DNA of 64,000 bases from Rickettsiales bacterium (GTDB lineage: Bacteria; Pseudomonadota; Alphaproteobacteria; Rickettsiales; JABIRX01). Positions within the stretch are counted from its first letter, which is position 1, and each line of letters begins with the position of its first letter. The stretch covers positions 29,214 to 93,213 of the forward strand of contig JAWUXM010000016.1 of NCBI GenBank assembly GCA_034111325.1. The letters run 5' to 3'. The notes beneath the pieces were generated by a model that made no database searches, had not been told where the DNA came from, and saw nothing but the letters and a program-made list of their open reading frames with translations. The translations under genes and the position numbers were made by a program. Shown piece by piece: positions 1 to 9,330 of this stretch.

Positions 1-901
1 TAACTCGGTTTTTGATAACTTTTTGTGCAATATCCAGACAATTCATTACATCTATTCCGCTTTTAAATGTAATCATAAAAAACTCACTAAACCTTGCCAC
101 GTCAATTTTACGAAGTGTTTTTCCTATAACAGGAAAACCAAGTTTTACCCGATCAACCATATATGCATATGACTGACTTGATACCCGAGCAACTTTATTT
201 AAGATATATAAAGATATTGGAACTATAATGAGCACATACCAATAATTTTGGAAAAAATTAGAGAACCATATCAACGCCTTAGTATAAAGCGGCAATTCTA
301 TATTTTGATTAATAAGAAACTCAGATAATTTAGGTATGACATATATCATCATAACTGAAATTACTGAAAATAATACCACCAAAAGAAAGAGTGGATAACG
401 AATTGCCTTCATCGTACTACGCCTTATATCTTCCGACCATTTCAAATGATCTGCGAGATAAGCAAATGATTGATGTAGGGTTCCGGTTTTTTCGCCAGCT
501 GCAACTAGACCTACAAAGACATCATTAAAAACCTTAGGGTATTCTGCTAATGCCTCTGAAAGTAGCTTTCCAGATTTTACGGTTTCATATATACCTTGCA
601 TCATGTCACGAAAAACTTGTGTATCACTAGAATCGCGCAAATCCTCAATGGCCAATGTTAAAGGTACACCAGCACGATCTAACTGTTCAAAATGCGTACA
701 TAGTAAAATAACATCCCTATTACTAACACCTTGACCAAAAAAAGAAATCACAGCACTTGATTGGCTTGATAAATTGCTACTAACTAGCTCAAGGGAGATT
801 TCACTTAATTTATATTCCAGATCATCGTCATTAAGAGCATTCATCACACCCTTAAACGACTTACCTTCATTATTTAACGCTAGATAATTATAATTTGGCA
901 C
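1..901 (-). CDS. gspF: Type II secretion / type IV pilus platform protein (GspF/PilC family); 3' end cut by window edge
   Basis: Absent from the ORF track because it runs off the window. Hand translation of the minus strand from GTG at 901 (GGAGG 4 nt upstream) gives VPNYNYLALNNEGKSFKGVMN...CTHFEQLDRAGVPLTLAIEDL...GEKTGTLHQSFAYLADHLKW...RYPLFLLVVLFSVISVMMIYVIPKL. This is typical T2SS-F architecture. It starts 20 nt downstream of the gspE stop. Confidence 0.85.
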   Translation of the reverse strand, partial: MPNYNYLALNNEGKSFKGVMNALNDDDLEYKLSEISLELVSSNLSSQSSAVISFFGQGVSNRDVILLCTHFEQLDRAGVPLTLAIEDLRDSSDTQVFRDMMQGIYETVKSGKLLSEALAEYPKVFNDVFVGLVAAGEKTGTLHQSFAYLADHLKWSEDIRRSTMKAIRYPLFLLVVLFSVISVMMIYVIPKLSEFLINQNIELPLYTKALIWFSNFFQNYWYVLIIVPISLYILNKVARVSSQSYAYMVDRVKLGFPVIGKTLRKIDVARFSEFFMITFKSGIDVMNCLDIAQKVIKNRV

Positions 902-921
902 TCGACCTCCTCTGAATTTTT

Positions 922-2814
922 TTATAAACGATCTGTTATATCGATTGTCTTAGCAATCTCGTCAATATCAGTGACACCTTTTAACACTTTGTCAGCTGCA
1001 TCATCTATCATTGGTACAAAACCACCAGATAATGCATGCGCTTCTATTTCATTACGCGTTTTGCTAAGCGCAATCATTTCATCAAGCTCTTTATCAATCG
1101 CTAATATTTCAGCAATGGCTATTCTGCCTTTATAACCAGTATTGTTGCATTGATCACAACCAATATGGCGATATATTAAAGGAGGCTTACTAGGGTCGAC
1201 CTTCAATATTCCACATTCTTCAGTACTGGCAGTATATTGCTTCTTACATTCATCACATAATTTACGCCCTAAACGCTGCGCTACCGAACAAACTAAAGAA
1301 CCTGATAATAAATATGGTTTAATACCTATATCAACCATTCTAGCAATCGCACCAATCGCATCACTTGTATGTAAAGTAGTAAAAACCTGATGACCAGTCA
1401 TAGCAGCACGCACAGCAATACTGGCAGTTTCTTCATCACGCACCTCTCCGACAAAAATCACATCAGGATCTTGTCGTAAAAGTGATTTAATACCAGAAAC
1501 AAAATCAATAGACCCCTCTCTAACATTTGTTTGCCTAATAAGCGGAATTTCATACTCAACAGGGTCTTCCAAAGTCATGATATTTTTATCTACCGAACTA
1601 ATATAGCTCAATACTGAATAAAGCGTTGTAGTTTTACCACTACCTGTAGGACCAGTAACAATAATTATACCTTCAGGCTTTCTAAGTAATTTTTTCAATA
1701 CAGCAATATTATGCTCGCTATAACCTAATTGATCTAACGGCACTAATGATTTTGCCTTATCAAGAACACGCATGACAATATTTTCACCATGCACTGTTGG
1801 CTGAGTTGCAACACGAAAATCCACCTCTCTACCAAGTATATTCGCCGAAGCATGGCCATCCTGTGGCTTGCGATTTTCAGCAATATTCATACTCGACATG
1901 ATTTTGATACGAACGGCAATGGAAGGCCAATATTCCTTATGAAAGCTTTTAATTTGCATCATCTGACCGTCAATGCGGTATCTAAGCCTTAAAAAACTCT
2001 CTTCAGGTTCAAAATGAATATCCGACGCTCCACTATGCACTGCATCAATTAAAATTGAATCTACCAAGCGCACAGTTGGGTTTTTATAACCCTCGGCTGA
2101 CATTTCATTAGGGTTTAACTCTTTCTTGTCGTTACCGCTATTTTCGATCTCACGTAAGATACCGTCCATCGACATCTCATAATCATAATATTGATCGATC
2201 GCCTCTAAGATATCAGTCTCAGGACAGTAGAGCGGATCAATACGTAAATTAGGTGGAAAATAACGTTTTATTGCATCAATCGCAACAATATCAAATACGT
2301 CATGTATAGCCACTGAGACCTTCTCACTATCGATATCAACTGCGATAGCTTTATAACGTGTGGCGACTTTTTTTGGTAATTTACGAACTAAGCGTGAATC
2401 TAAAACTACGGATCTAATATCAAATTTCTTAATACCAGAAGTTTTAGATATAGCTTCGCCTAATGTACTCTCGGTTATAAAACCCAGCTCAATGAGCACA
2501 TCGCCTAAAACCTTGCCCTTATGCAATTTACATTGTTTTGTGGCAATGACTAGTTGATCCGGTGAAATAACACCTTTTTGGACAAGAAGCTCACCTATAC
2601 CGATCGCCTCAACAATTTCGTTTTCGGGAACAGTCTCTATATTTTCATTAGAATTGGCAATTCCTGTGTTATCAGATTGATCAACACCACCTACTTCACT
2701 TTTAACCATATCACCTCCTGAAGATTGATTAACTAAGACATTAGCTTGATTCTTCATATAGTAAAAATTTTTGCTTGATAATAACCACCCATATCTTCTC
2801 TTAAGCAATCTCAA
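922..2814 (-). CDS. gspE: Type II secretion / type IV pilus assembly ATPase (GspE/PilB family)
   Basis: N-terminal T2SSE_N-like segment (GELLVQKGVISPDQL..LGDVLIELGFITE), Walker A GPTGSGKTTT, and tetracysteine CDEC...CDQC. The start at 2814 is TTG preceded by GAGGT. An alternative ATG lies at 2757 (MKNQANV). Confidence 0.93.
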   Translation of the reverse strand: MRLLKRRYGWLLSSKNFYYMKNQANVLVNQSSGGDMVKSEVGGVDQSDNTGIANSNENIETVPENEIVEAIGIGELLVQKGVISPDQLVIATKQCKLHKGKVLGDVLIELGFITESTLGEAISKTSGIKKFDIRSVVLDSRLVRKLPKKVATRYKAIAVDIDSEKVSVAIHDVFDIVAIDAIKRYFPPNLRIDPLYCPETDILEAIDQYYDYEMSMDGILREIENSGNDKKELNPNEMSAEGYKNPTVRLVDSILIDAVHSGASDIHFEPEESFLRLRYRIDGQMMQIKSFHKEYWPSIAVRIKIMSSMNIAENRKPQDGHASANILGREVDFRVATQPTVHGENIVMRVLDKAKSLVPLDQLGYSEHNIAVLKKLLRKPEGIIIVTGPTGSGKTTTLYSVLSYISSVDKNIMTLEDPVEYEIPLIRQTNVREGSIDFVSGIKSLLRQDPDVIFVGEVRDEETASIAVRAAMTGHQVFTTLHTSDAIGAIARMVDIGIKPYLLSGSLVCSVAQRLGRKLCDECKKQYTASTEECGILKVDPSKPPLIYRHIGCDQCNNTGYKGRIAIAEILAIDKELDEMIALSKTRNEIEAHALSGGFVPMIDDAADKVLKGVTDIDEIAKTIDITDRL

Positions 2815-2892
2815 TTTTTAACCTCTATATATAAAATTTACAACACCTCTTTTATGCAAATTAATCTTTTCGCAAAAAAAGATTGGCTTCAT

Positions 2893-3642
2893 CTATCCAT
2901 TAATTGAAAATTGCAGATAGCAAGCCACCTGATCATTTGTAAGCTTATAGTAAGTATTTGGATAACGCCCACTGATACATTGCACACCACTATCTTTACC
3001 CATTGCTCGCCGCCCATTATCAGCATATACATAACCACGATCCGCCTTGCCATCATCAACCTTCTTATCAAGATTAAAAGCATCAGATGGCGTTAATAAA
3101 GGATACATCAAATTCCCTCTAATGCGCTGCCCTGCCAAACGTAGAAAATTACGATCTGCACCTTTCAGCGGAGCATAAGATTCGTTCATCCTACTATCCC
3201 CTAATATCTGATACGCAGCTCTACGCATAACCGATTTTGGCACATTACGCCCGACTGCAGCTTTATAACGCAAGGTAAAACTAGTTGGCGCAAAACTCCC
3301 AAACCCTGCCAAATATAAATGCTGCCAAGCTCTATAACCTTCTGTATTATCACGGATAATCTCATCACCATCGCCACTACATATATCTTTTTCCGTAGAA
3401 AAATTACCTTTGCAATCATGACCCCAGAATTTCCCTGCATATGAGAAATCTCCAGGCAAAGCCCCATAATAATCACGAAACTCTCTTATCTCAGCGCGGT
3501 AACGCTCAACTTCCGAAAGAACCGTAACACGATTAGCTCCTTTTATAAGTTGTGTAGCATAGCCACAACCGCCAGAAATAAGCGCGATGACTAATAGAAC
3601 AATTGACATTTCAAGCAAAGAGAAGGCAGATTTGGAATTCAT
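2893..3642 (-). CDS. Type IV pilin / pseudopilin-like protein with prepilin-type N-terminus
   Basis: N-terminus MNSKSAFSLLEMSIVLLVIALISGG carries a class III signal: a short basic leader, F+1, E+5 and a hydrophobic helix. Two Cys pairs are present, one near the C-terminus like a D-region loop. It is the first gene of the gspE/gspF operon. Confidence 0.8.
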   Translation of the reverse strand: MNSKSAFSLLEMSIVLLVIALISGGCGYATQLIKGANRVTVLSEVERYRAEIREFRDYYGALPGDFSYAGKFWGHDCKGNFSTEKDICSGDGDEIIRDNTEGYRAWQHLYLAGFGSFAPTSFTLRYKAAVGRNVPKSVMRRAAYQILGDSRMNESYAPLKGADRNFLRLAGQRIRGNLMYPLLTPSDAFNLDKKVDDGKADRGYVYADNGRRAMGKDSGVQCISGRYPNTYYKLTNDQVACYLQFSING

Positions 3643-3747
3643 AATGATAATATAAACAAACTCCTCCTTCGCTTTTACTAATCACATAGTAAAATTTATT
3701 CGTCAACCCATAGTTGCAAAATAAATTAAAGAATTTATAGACATGTT

Positions 3748-4284
3748 ATGAAAAAAATAATCACACTAGCTCTACTCATAAGCCTTTGCGCTATACTACT
3801 ACTCAACAACAAAACAAAATGCTGGCTGTTTGATTGTAAAAATCAACACTCATCAAAATACCACTCCGGCAAGGTCATCAGCGGCTATGCAAAAGTGATA
3901 GATGGTGACTCTCTGGAAATAAACCATAAGCAAATCCGATTACATAATATTGACGCACCTGAATGGAATCAAAGCTGCACAAAAGATGAAGAAGAATATA
4001 ATTGTGGTGCCGACGCCACAAGCTACATGAAACAACTTACACAAAATAATATTGTAACATGCACAGTGCTCGAGACTGGCTTTTATGGAAGATTTTTATC
4101 AAGCTGCATAAATGAAATGAACCAAAATCTTGGCATTGAGATGATTCGCTCAGGTTGGGCAATCCCCTACTATAATGATTCTGAATATTACCAATTTCAG
4201 CAGGAAGCAAAAACCGCCAAAAGAGGAATTTGGCAAGGCGAATTCATCACCCCAAAACTCTACCGCAAACTAAACCCGCACTGA
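3748..4284 (+). CDS. Secreted/anchored thermonuclease (staphylococcal nuclease, SNase family)
   Basis: N-terminal hydrophobic signal MKKIITLALLISLCAILLL. SNase core motifs VIDGDSLEI..IRLHNIDAPE...YGRFLSSC...AKRGIWQG are present. Confidence 0.85.
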   Translation: MKKIITLALLISLCAILLLNNKTKCWLFDCKNQHSSKYHSGKVISGYAKVIDGDSLEINHKQIRLHNIDAPEWNQSCTKDEEEYNCGADATSYMKQLTQNNIVTCTVLETGFYGRFLSSCINEMNQNLGIEMIRSGWAIPYYNDSEYYQFQQEAKTAKRGIWQGEFITPKLYRKLNPH

Positions 4285-4297
4285 CTCTTGAGGAATA

Positions 4298-4440
4298 CGA
4301 AAAGACCACCGAGTGTTAATCTGAGGATTTTTGTGATGATTTTTGTCAAATGTCCTGTTTGAACGAGTGAACGTATACTTCATACGTGACTCGAGTGAGA
4401 GCAGGACATTTGGCAAAAAGGGTACAAAAAGACCAGATTA
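4298..4440. repeat. Family-B repeat copy B1 (about 145 bp, long imperfect hairpin); its end overlaps the lpdA stop codon
   Basis: Shares tctgaggatttttgtgatgattttt...caaatgtcc...acgtat/atacgt hairpin...aaaaagggtacaaaaagaccaga with copies at 15342, 44838, 54331 and 57975. Confidence 0.8.
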
Positions 4441-5832
4441 TATGTGGATAGATTTTCCACAAGCCTCCAACACCGCCTCATGCATCATCTCTGAAAGCGT
4501 AGGATGTGGGAAGATAGTATGCATTAAATCTTCCTCAGTCGCTTCGATAGTTTTCGCAATTGAAAAGCCTTGCACCATTTCAGTAACTTCGCTGCCGACC
4601 ATATGTGCACCAAGCAATTCACCACTCTGCTCTTCAAAAATAACTTTTACTAAACCTGTCTCCTCACCCATAGCAATTGCTTTGCCATTTGCAGAGAATG
4701 GAAATCTGCCAACGCGAATTTTATGCCCTGCTTCCTTAGCTTTTTCTTCGGTTAAGCCAATTGAAGCAATTTGCGGCGTGCAATATGTACAACCAGGGAT
4801 ATTCTCAATTTTAAGTGGGCGTGGATTTTTGCCAGCAATTTTCTCAGCACAAATAACTGCTTCGTGCGATGCCTTATGCGCAAGCCATGGCGCGCCCACA
4901 ACATCACCAATTGCGTAAATGCCTTTTTCAGCAGTTTCTAAATATGCATCTGTTTTTATATGACCACGATCGAGCTCTATCGCCGTTGATTCCAAACCAA
5001 TATTTTCAACATTAGCAACAATCCCCGCTGCAACAATAACTCTATCAACTTTTACTTTAGTGATTTTGTCATTTTGTTTAATTGCAACTTCAACATCCTT
5101 TTTACCTTTTACAATGCTACTTACTGTAGCATTAGTGAAGAAATCCACTTTGCGTTTTTCAAATTCTTTACGCACAATTTGCGAAATTTCCCTATCCTCC
5201 ACTGGCAAGATATTCTCCGCCATTTCAACGATTGTAACATTACAGCCTAAACCATTATAGAAACTGGCAAATTCCATACCGATTGCACCGCTACCAACAA
5301 CGAGTAAAGATTTTGGCAATTCTTCAGGAACCATAGCTTCCTTATAGCTCCAAATAAATTTCCCGTCTGGTTCAAGATTTGGCAAAATGCGCGCCCTTGC
5401 ACCAGTGGCAATAATAATATTTTTGGCTTGCAGATCCTCAATAGTTTTTCCTTTTTCATCAAGCAAACGTACTGCGTTTTTACCATTTACCATGCCGAAG
5501 CTATTGAAAACTTCGACCTTATGCTTTTTCATTAAAAAGCTAATTCCTTGTGAAAGTTTGCTTGCAACATCACGCGAGCGTTTGATGATTTTTTTAAAAT
5601 CAAATTTGATATCTTTAACGCTAAAGCCATATTCATCAAGATTATGCAAAAGATGATTAATCTCTGAGCAACGCAATAATGCTTTTGTCGGGATACAACC
5701 CCAATTTAAACAAACACCACCAAGATGTTGTTTCTCAACCAGCGCAACATTCAAACCTAGCTGGCTAGCACGGATCGCTGCTACATAACCACCTGGTCCA
5801 CCACCAATTATCACTATATCAAACTTTTCCAT
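4438..5832 (-). CDS. lpdA: Dihydrolipoyl dehydrogenase (E3)
   Basis: GGGPGGYVAAIRA FAD site, redox-active disulfide CLNWGCIPTK, and C-terminal HPTLSE interface motif; 464 aa. Confidence 0.95.
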   Translation of the reverse strand: MEKFDIVIIGGGPGGYVAAIRASQLGLNVALVEKQHLGGVCLNWGCIPTKALLRCSEINHLLHNLDEYGFSVKDIKFDFKKIIKRSRDVASKLSQGISFLMKKHKVEVFNSFGMVNGKNAVRLLDEKGKTIEDLQAKNIIIATGARARILPNLEPDGKFIWSYKEAMVPEELPKSLLVVGSGAIGMEFASFYNGLGCNVTIVEMAENILPVEDREISQIVRKEFEKRKVDFFTNATVSSIVKGKKDVEVAIKQNDKITKVKVDRVIVAAGIVANVENIGLESTAIELDRGHIKTDAYLETAEKGIYAIGDVVGAPWLAHKASHEAVICAEKIAGKNPRPLKIENIPGCTYCTPQIASIGLTEEKAKEAGHKIRVGRFPFSANGKAIAMGEETGLVKVIFEEQSGELLGAHMVGSEVTEMVQGFSIAKTIEATEEDLMHTIFPHPTLSEMMHEAVLEACGKSIHI

Positions 5833-5865
5833 AACTCTTCCTAACTTTTATTAATAAAAAACACT

Positions 5866-5905
5866 GTCATTGCCTGAATTTTTACAAAAAAAGTCAGGCA
5901 ATGAC
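5866..5905 (-). terminator. 12-bp perfect inverted repeat (gtcattgcctga..tcaggcaatgac) downstream of glmS; probable terminator built from family-A repeat termini
   Basis: The stem is seen directly. On the minus strand it is followed within 4 nt by GTTTTTTATT. It lies between the glmS stop (5934) and the lpdA start (5832). Confidence 0.5.
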
Positions 5906-5933
5906 AAAAATCCATCAAAAACAACCCGGTTAA

Positions 5934-7757
5934 TTACTCCACCGTGACTGACTTCGCCAAATTCCTTGGCTGATCAACATCCGTCCCCTTATGTACCGCA
6001 ACATAATATGCAAATAATTGTACTGGCACTGCATAAAGTAGTGGCGAAGCAAAATTATCAATTTTTGGCAAAGTAATTTTACTTTTTGCCACATCTGCTA
6101 GTTTAGCCACACCTTCTTCATCACTAATTGCGATAATATTCCCACCACGTGCAGCAACTTCTTGTGCGTTTGATAATGTTTTACCAAACATGTTATCTGG
6201 CGGCGCGATGAATAATACCGGTAATTTCTTATCAATCAACGCAATTGGTCCATGTTTCAACTCACCCGCTGCAACGCCTTCCGCATGTACATAAGAAAGC
6301 TCTTTAACTTTCAACGCACCCTCTAAAGCTACACCATAAGAAACACCACGCCCTAAATATAAAAAGCCATTTACCTTAGTGAATTTTTTGGCAAGTTTAG
6401 AAATCTCTTCAGAACCCTTCAACACTTCGGAAATCTTTGCAGGTAGTGAGCGCAAAGCACGACAAAGTAATATTTGTTTATTATCACTAACTATATCCTT
6501 TTCCTTCCCTGCTTTTATCGCGAGTAATGCCATAACTGCTAACTGTGCTGTAAAAGCCTTAGTTGAAGCAACGCCTATTTCTGGGCCAGCAAGAATATTT
6601 ATCACATAATCAGATTCACGTGCCATCGAACTTTCAACAACATTTACAATCGAAAGAATCTTTGCACCAGCCTTTTTGGCTTTTTTTAATGCAGCAATAG
6701 TATCCGCGGTCTCGCCTGATTGCGATATACAAATCGCCAATTCACCAATCGCACAATCATTTTGACGATATTTAAACTCCGAAGCAATATCGACCTCAAC
6801 GGGGATTTGCGCAGTAGATTCAAACCAATATTTAGCGATAAGTGCAGCATAATATGAAGTCCCACATGCTATTATATTGATTTTCCTGAGTTGTTTAAAA
6901 TCACACTTAACTTTAGGAAAGACAATAATATTACGAATCCGATCATAATAAGAGTTTAAAATATTCGCTAAAATCGTTGGCTGTTCATGCATCTCCTTAA
7001 GCATGAAATGTTCGTAATGACCCTTTCCTGCACTCTCCGCTGAAATATTAGATGTTTGTATTTTACGCCTCACCTCTTTAAGCTTTTTATCATAAATCGT
7101 CACTGCATCATGATGCAAGACCGCAATATCATCATCTTCAAGATAGGTAACTTTTGAGGTTAACGGGGATAATACATAAGCATCTGAACCCATATACATC
7201 TCGCCTTTACCATAGCCAATCGCCAAGGGTGAACCACGACGTGTGGCGATTAATAAATCATCATATTCCTTAAAAATAATCCCCAAGGCAAAAGCACCTT
7301 TCAGTTTTTTTAAAGTCTCCTTAACTGCCTCTAATGGCTTTAAGCCTTGTTTTAGAAAATCATCAATTAAAAATGGAATCACCTCCGTATCAGTATCACT
7401 TTTAAATTTATGACCTACAACTTCAAGCTCCTCACGCAAAAGACGAAAATTTTCGATTATGCCATTATGTACCACGGCGACATTATCAGTAATATGTGGA
7501 TGTGCGTTGATTTCTTCAGGCTCGCCATGCGTTGCCCATCTTGTATGCGCTATCCCTATTTTGCCTTTTAGGGATTCATGATCTAACTTTTTTTCAAGAT
7601 TTTTGATTTTGCCTTTCGCTTTGCTAAAATGGATTTTACCTTTGTCTAACGTCGCAATTCCCGCAGAATCATAACCACGATATTCCAAGCGATTCAACCC
7701 TTCTAACAATAAATTCTCAACTTGCCTCTGCGCAACAACGCCAAATATTCCGCACAT
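5934..7757 (-). CDS. glmS: Glutamine--fructose-6-phosphate aminotransferase
   Basis: MCGIFG Ntn amidotransferase N-terminus, two SIS domains, and C-terminal KSVTVE; 607 aa. Confidence 0.96.
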   Translation of the reverse strand: MCGIFGVVAQRQVENLLLEGLNRLEYRGYDSAGIATLDKGKIHFSKAKGKIKNLEKKLDHESLKGKIGIAHTRWATHGEPEEINAHPHITDNVAVVHNGIIENFRLLREELEVVGHKFKSDTDTEVIPFLIDDFLKQGLKPLEAVKETLKKLKGAFALGIIFKEYDDLLIATRRGSPLAIGYGKGEMYMGSDAYVLSPLTSKVTYLEDDDIAVLHHDAVTIYDKKLKEVRRKIQTSNISAESAGKGHYEHFMLKEMHEQPTILANILNSYYDRIRNIIVFPKVKCDFKQLRKINIIACGTSYYAALIAKYWFESTAQIPVEVDIASEFKYRQNDCAIGELAICISQSGETADTIAALKKAKKAGAKILSIVNVVESSMARESDYVINILAGPEIGVASTKAFTAQLAVMALLAIKAGKEKDIVSDNKQILLCRALRSLPAKISEVLKGSEEISKLAKKFTKVNGFLYLGRGVSYGVALEGALKVKELSYVHAEGVAAGELKHGPIALIDKKLPVLFIAPPDNMFGKTLSNAQEVAARGGNIIAISDEEGVAKLADVAKSKITLPKIDNFASPLLYAVPVQLFAYYVAVHKGTDVDQPRNLAKSVTVE

Positions 7758-7839
7758 ATAAAATCACTCCTTTATAAATAACAAGCTGCGCAACATAAAC
7801 AAAGCACATGTTAAATCAACGAAAAAACCCTTGCAAAGA

Positions 7840-7878
7840 TTAATATTGGCATTAGAAAATATTAATATTGGTATTAGA
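7840..7878 (+). promoter_or_regulatory. Two 18-bp direct repeats (ATTAATATTGGYATTAGA) phased 21 bp apart, upstream of gadC; candidate operator overlapping a candidate promoter
   Basis: Repeats at 7840-7857 and 7861-7878 are 17/18 identical. TTGCAA at 7831-7836 plus TAGAAA at 7853-7858 with a 16-nt spacer gives a sigma70-like fit. The gadC ATG is at 7911. Confidence 0.3.
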
Positions 7879-7910
7879 GGTTGGTCATAAACCTGTATTT
7901 GTTGGAGATA

Positions 7911-9326
7911 ATGAAAAAAGCCACAATCAAACTTAGCATGTTTACTTTGGCAATGCTTAACGTAGCTGCAGTGATGAGTTTACGCGGTTTACCATTGCTC
8001 GCTGACACTGGCATGCAAATGCTGTTTTATCTTTTCTTTGCCGCTTTTTTGTTTCTTATCCCTTCTGCTCTAGTATCAGCAGAATTAGCCACAGGTTGGC
8101 CTAAAGATGGTGGCGTTTATCGTTGGGTTAAGGAGGCTTTTGGCGCACGCTTTGGCTTTTTAGCAATATGGCTACAATGGATTCAAAATGTAGTATGGTT
8201 CCCTATTGTACTCGCCTTTGCCGCTGTAACTATTGCTTTTGCATTAAAAAGACCAGAATTAGCAGATAATAACCTCTACATAGTGCTAGTAATTGTTGGT
8301 ATATATTGGTTAGCCACTTTTATTAATTTCTTCGGTATAAAAGTCGCTGGGTCAATTACCATGGCAGGTGTAATATTAGGCACAATATTACCTGGAATAT
8401 TCATCATAGCTTTAGGTACGTTATGGATAATAGATGGCAATAAAATTGCTTTCCTGCAGGAAAATATAAGTTTTTTCCCAAACCTATCTGACTTTAGCAA
8501 TGTAGCCTTTTTATCGGGTGTTATATTATTATTTGCTGGTATAGAAATTGGTGCCGTACATGTACGTGAATTAAACAAACCTCTACGCGATTATCCACGT
8601 GCCATATTTCTAGCAACCATTATTATTTTGATTGTATTTGTTTTGGGAGCGTTATCAATTGCCACAGTTTTGCCCTCAAATGAGATTAGTTTAACTGCTG
8701 GTATAATGTTCGCATTCGATAAAATGTTACAACTCTACCATCTGCAATTCCTATTACCAATTATCGGAATTTTGATTACTTTTGGTGCTGTTGGTGGCGT
8801 TATGGCGTGGATTGCTGGACCAAGCAAAGGTTTGCTTGCCACGGCGGAATCTGGCGAAATCCCACCTTTTTTAGCTCATACTAACAAGTATGGCGTTCAG
8901 GTTAACATTCTCATATTACAAGGCATTATCGTAACTTTACTTGCCTCACTTTACCTCATCATGGATAATGTCGATACGGCATTCTTCTTACTCTCTGCTA
9001 TGACCATCAACCTATATTTAGTAATGTATATGCTACTTTTTGCAGCTGGCATTAGCCTACGCTATACAAAACCTAACGTCTCTCGCTCATACAAAATCCC
9101 TGGTGGTAAAAATTGGGGAATGTTACTGATTGCTGGCATTGGTTTTGTTGCAGTGATGTTTTCATTCTGTATTTCCTTTATTCCACCAACGCAATTACAA
9201 GTTGGAACACCTGCCTTATATTCTAGTCTAGTAGTTTTAGGTTTAATCACCTTTACTGGCACAGCATTTATCATTCACGCCTTTAAAAAACCTACTTGGC
9301 TTAAACATATAAACAATAAAAGGTAA
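7911..9326 (+). CDS. gadC: APC-family amino acid permease, glutamate:GABA antiporter-like
   Basis: About 12 TM helices. It ends 4 nt before the glutamate decarboxylase gene. ATG at 7911 is preceded by GGAG, whereas the track start at 7881 is TTG. Confidence 0.8.
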   Translation: MKKATIKLSMFTLAMLNVAAVMSLRGLPLLADTGMQMLFYLFFAAFLFLIPSALVSAELATGWPKDGGVYRWVKEAFGARFGFLAIWLQWIQNVVWFPIVLAFAAVTIAFALKRPELADNNLYIVLVIVGIYWLATFINFFGIKVAGSITMAGVILGTILPGIFIIALGTLWIIDGNKIAFLQENISFFPNLSDFSNVAFLSGVILLFAGIEIGAVHVRELNKPLRDYPRAIFLATIIILIVFVLGALSIATVLPSNEISLTAGIMFAFDKMLQLYHLQFLLPIIGILITFGAVGGVMAWIAGPSKGLLATAESGEIPPFLAHTNKYGVQVNILILQGIIVTLLASLYLIMDNVDTAFFLLSAMTINLYLVMYMLLFAAGISLRYTKPNVSRSYKIPGGKNWGMLLIAGIGFVAVMFSFCISFIPPTQLQVGTPALYSSLVVLGLITFTGTAFIIHAFKKPTWLKHINNKR

Positions 9327-9330
9327 ATCC

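Noticed and set aside
4343-4918. 191-aa plus-strand ORF.
   Set aside because: It lies antisense to the well-supported lpdA gene and begins inside a family-B repeat. The low-complexity Ser/Ala/Ile-rich product is typical of shadow ORFs.
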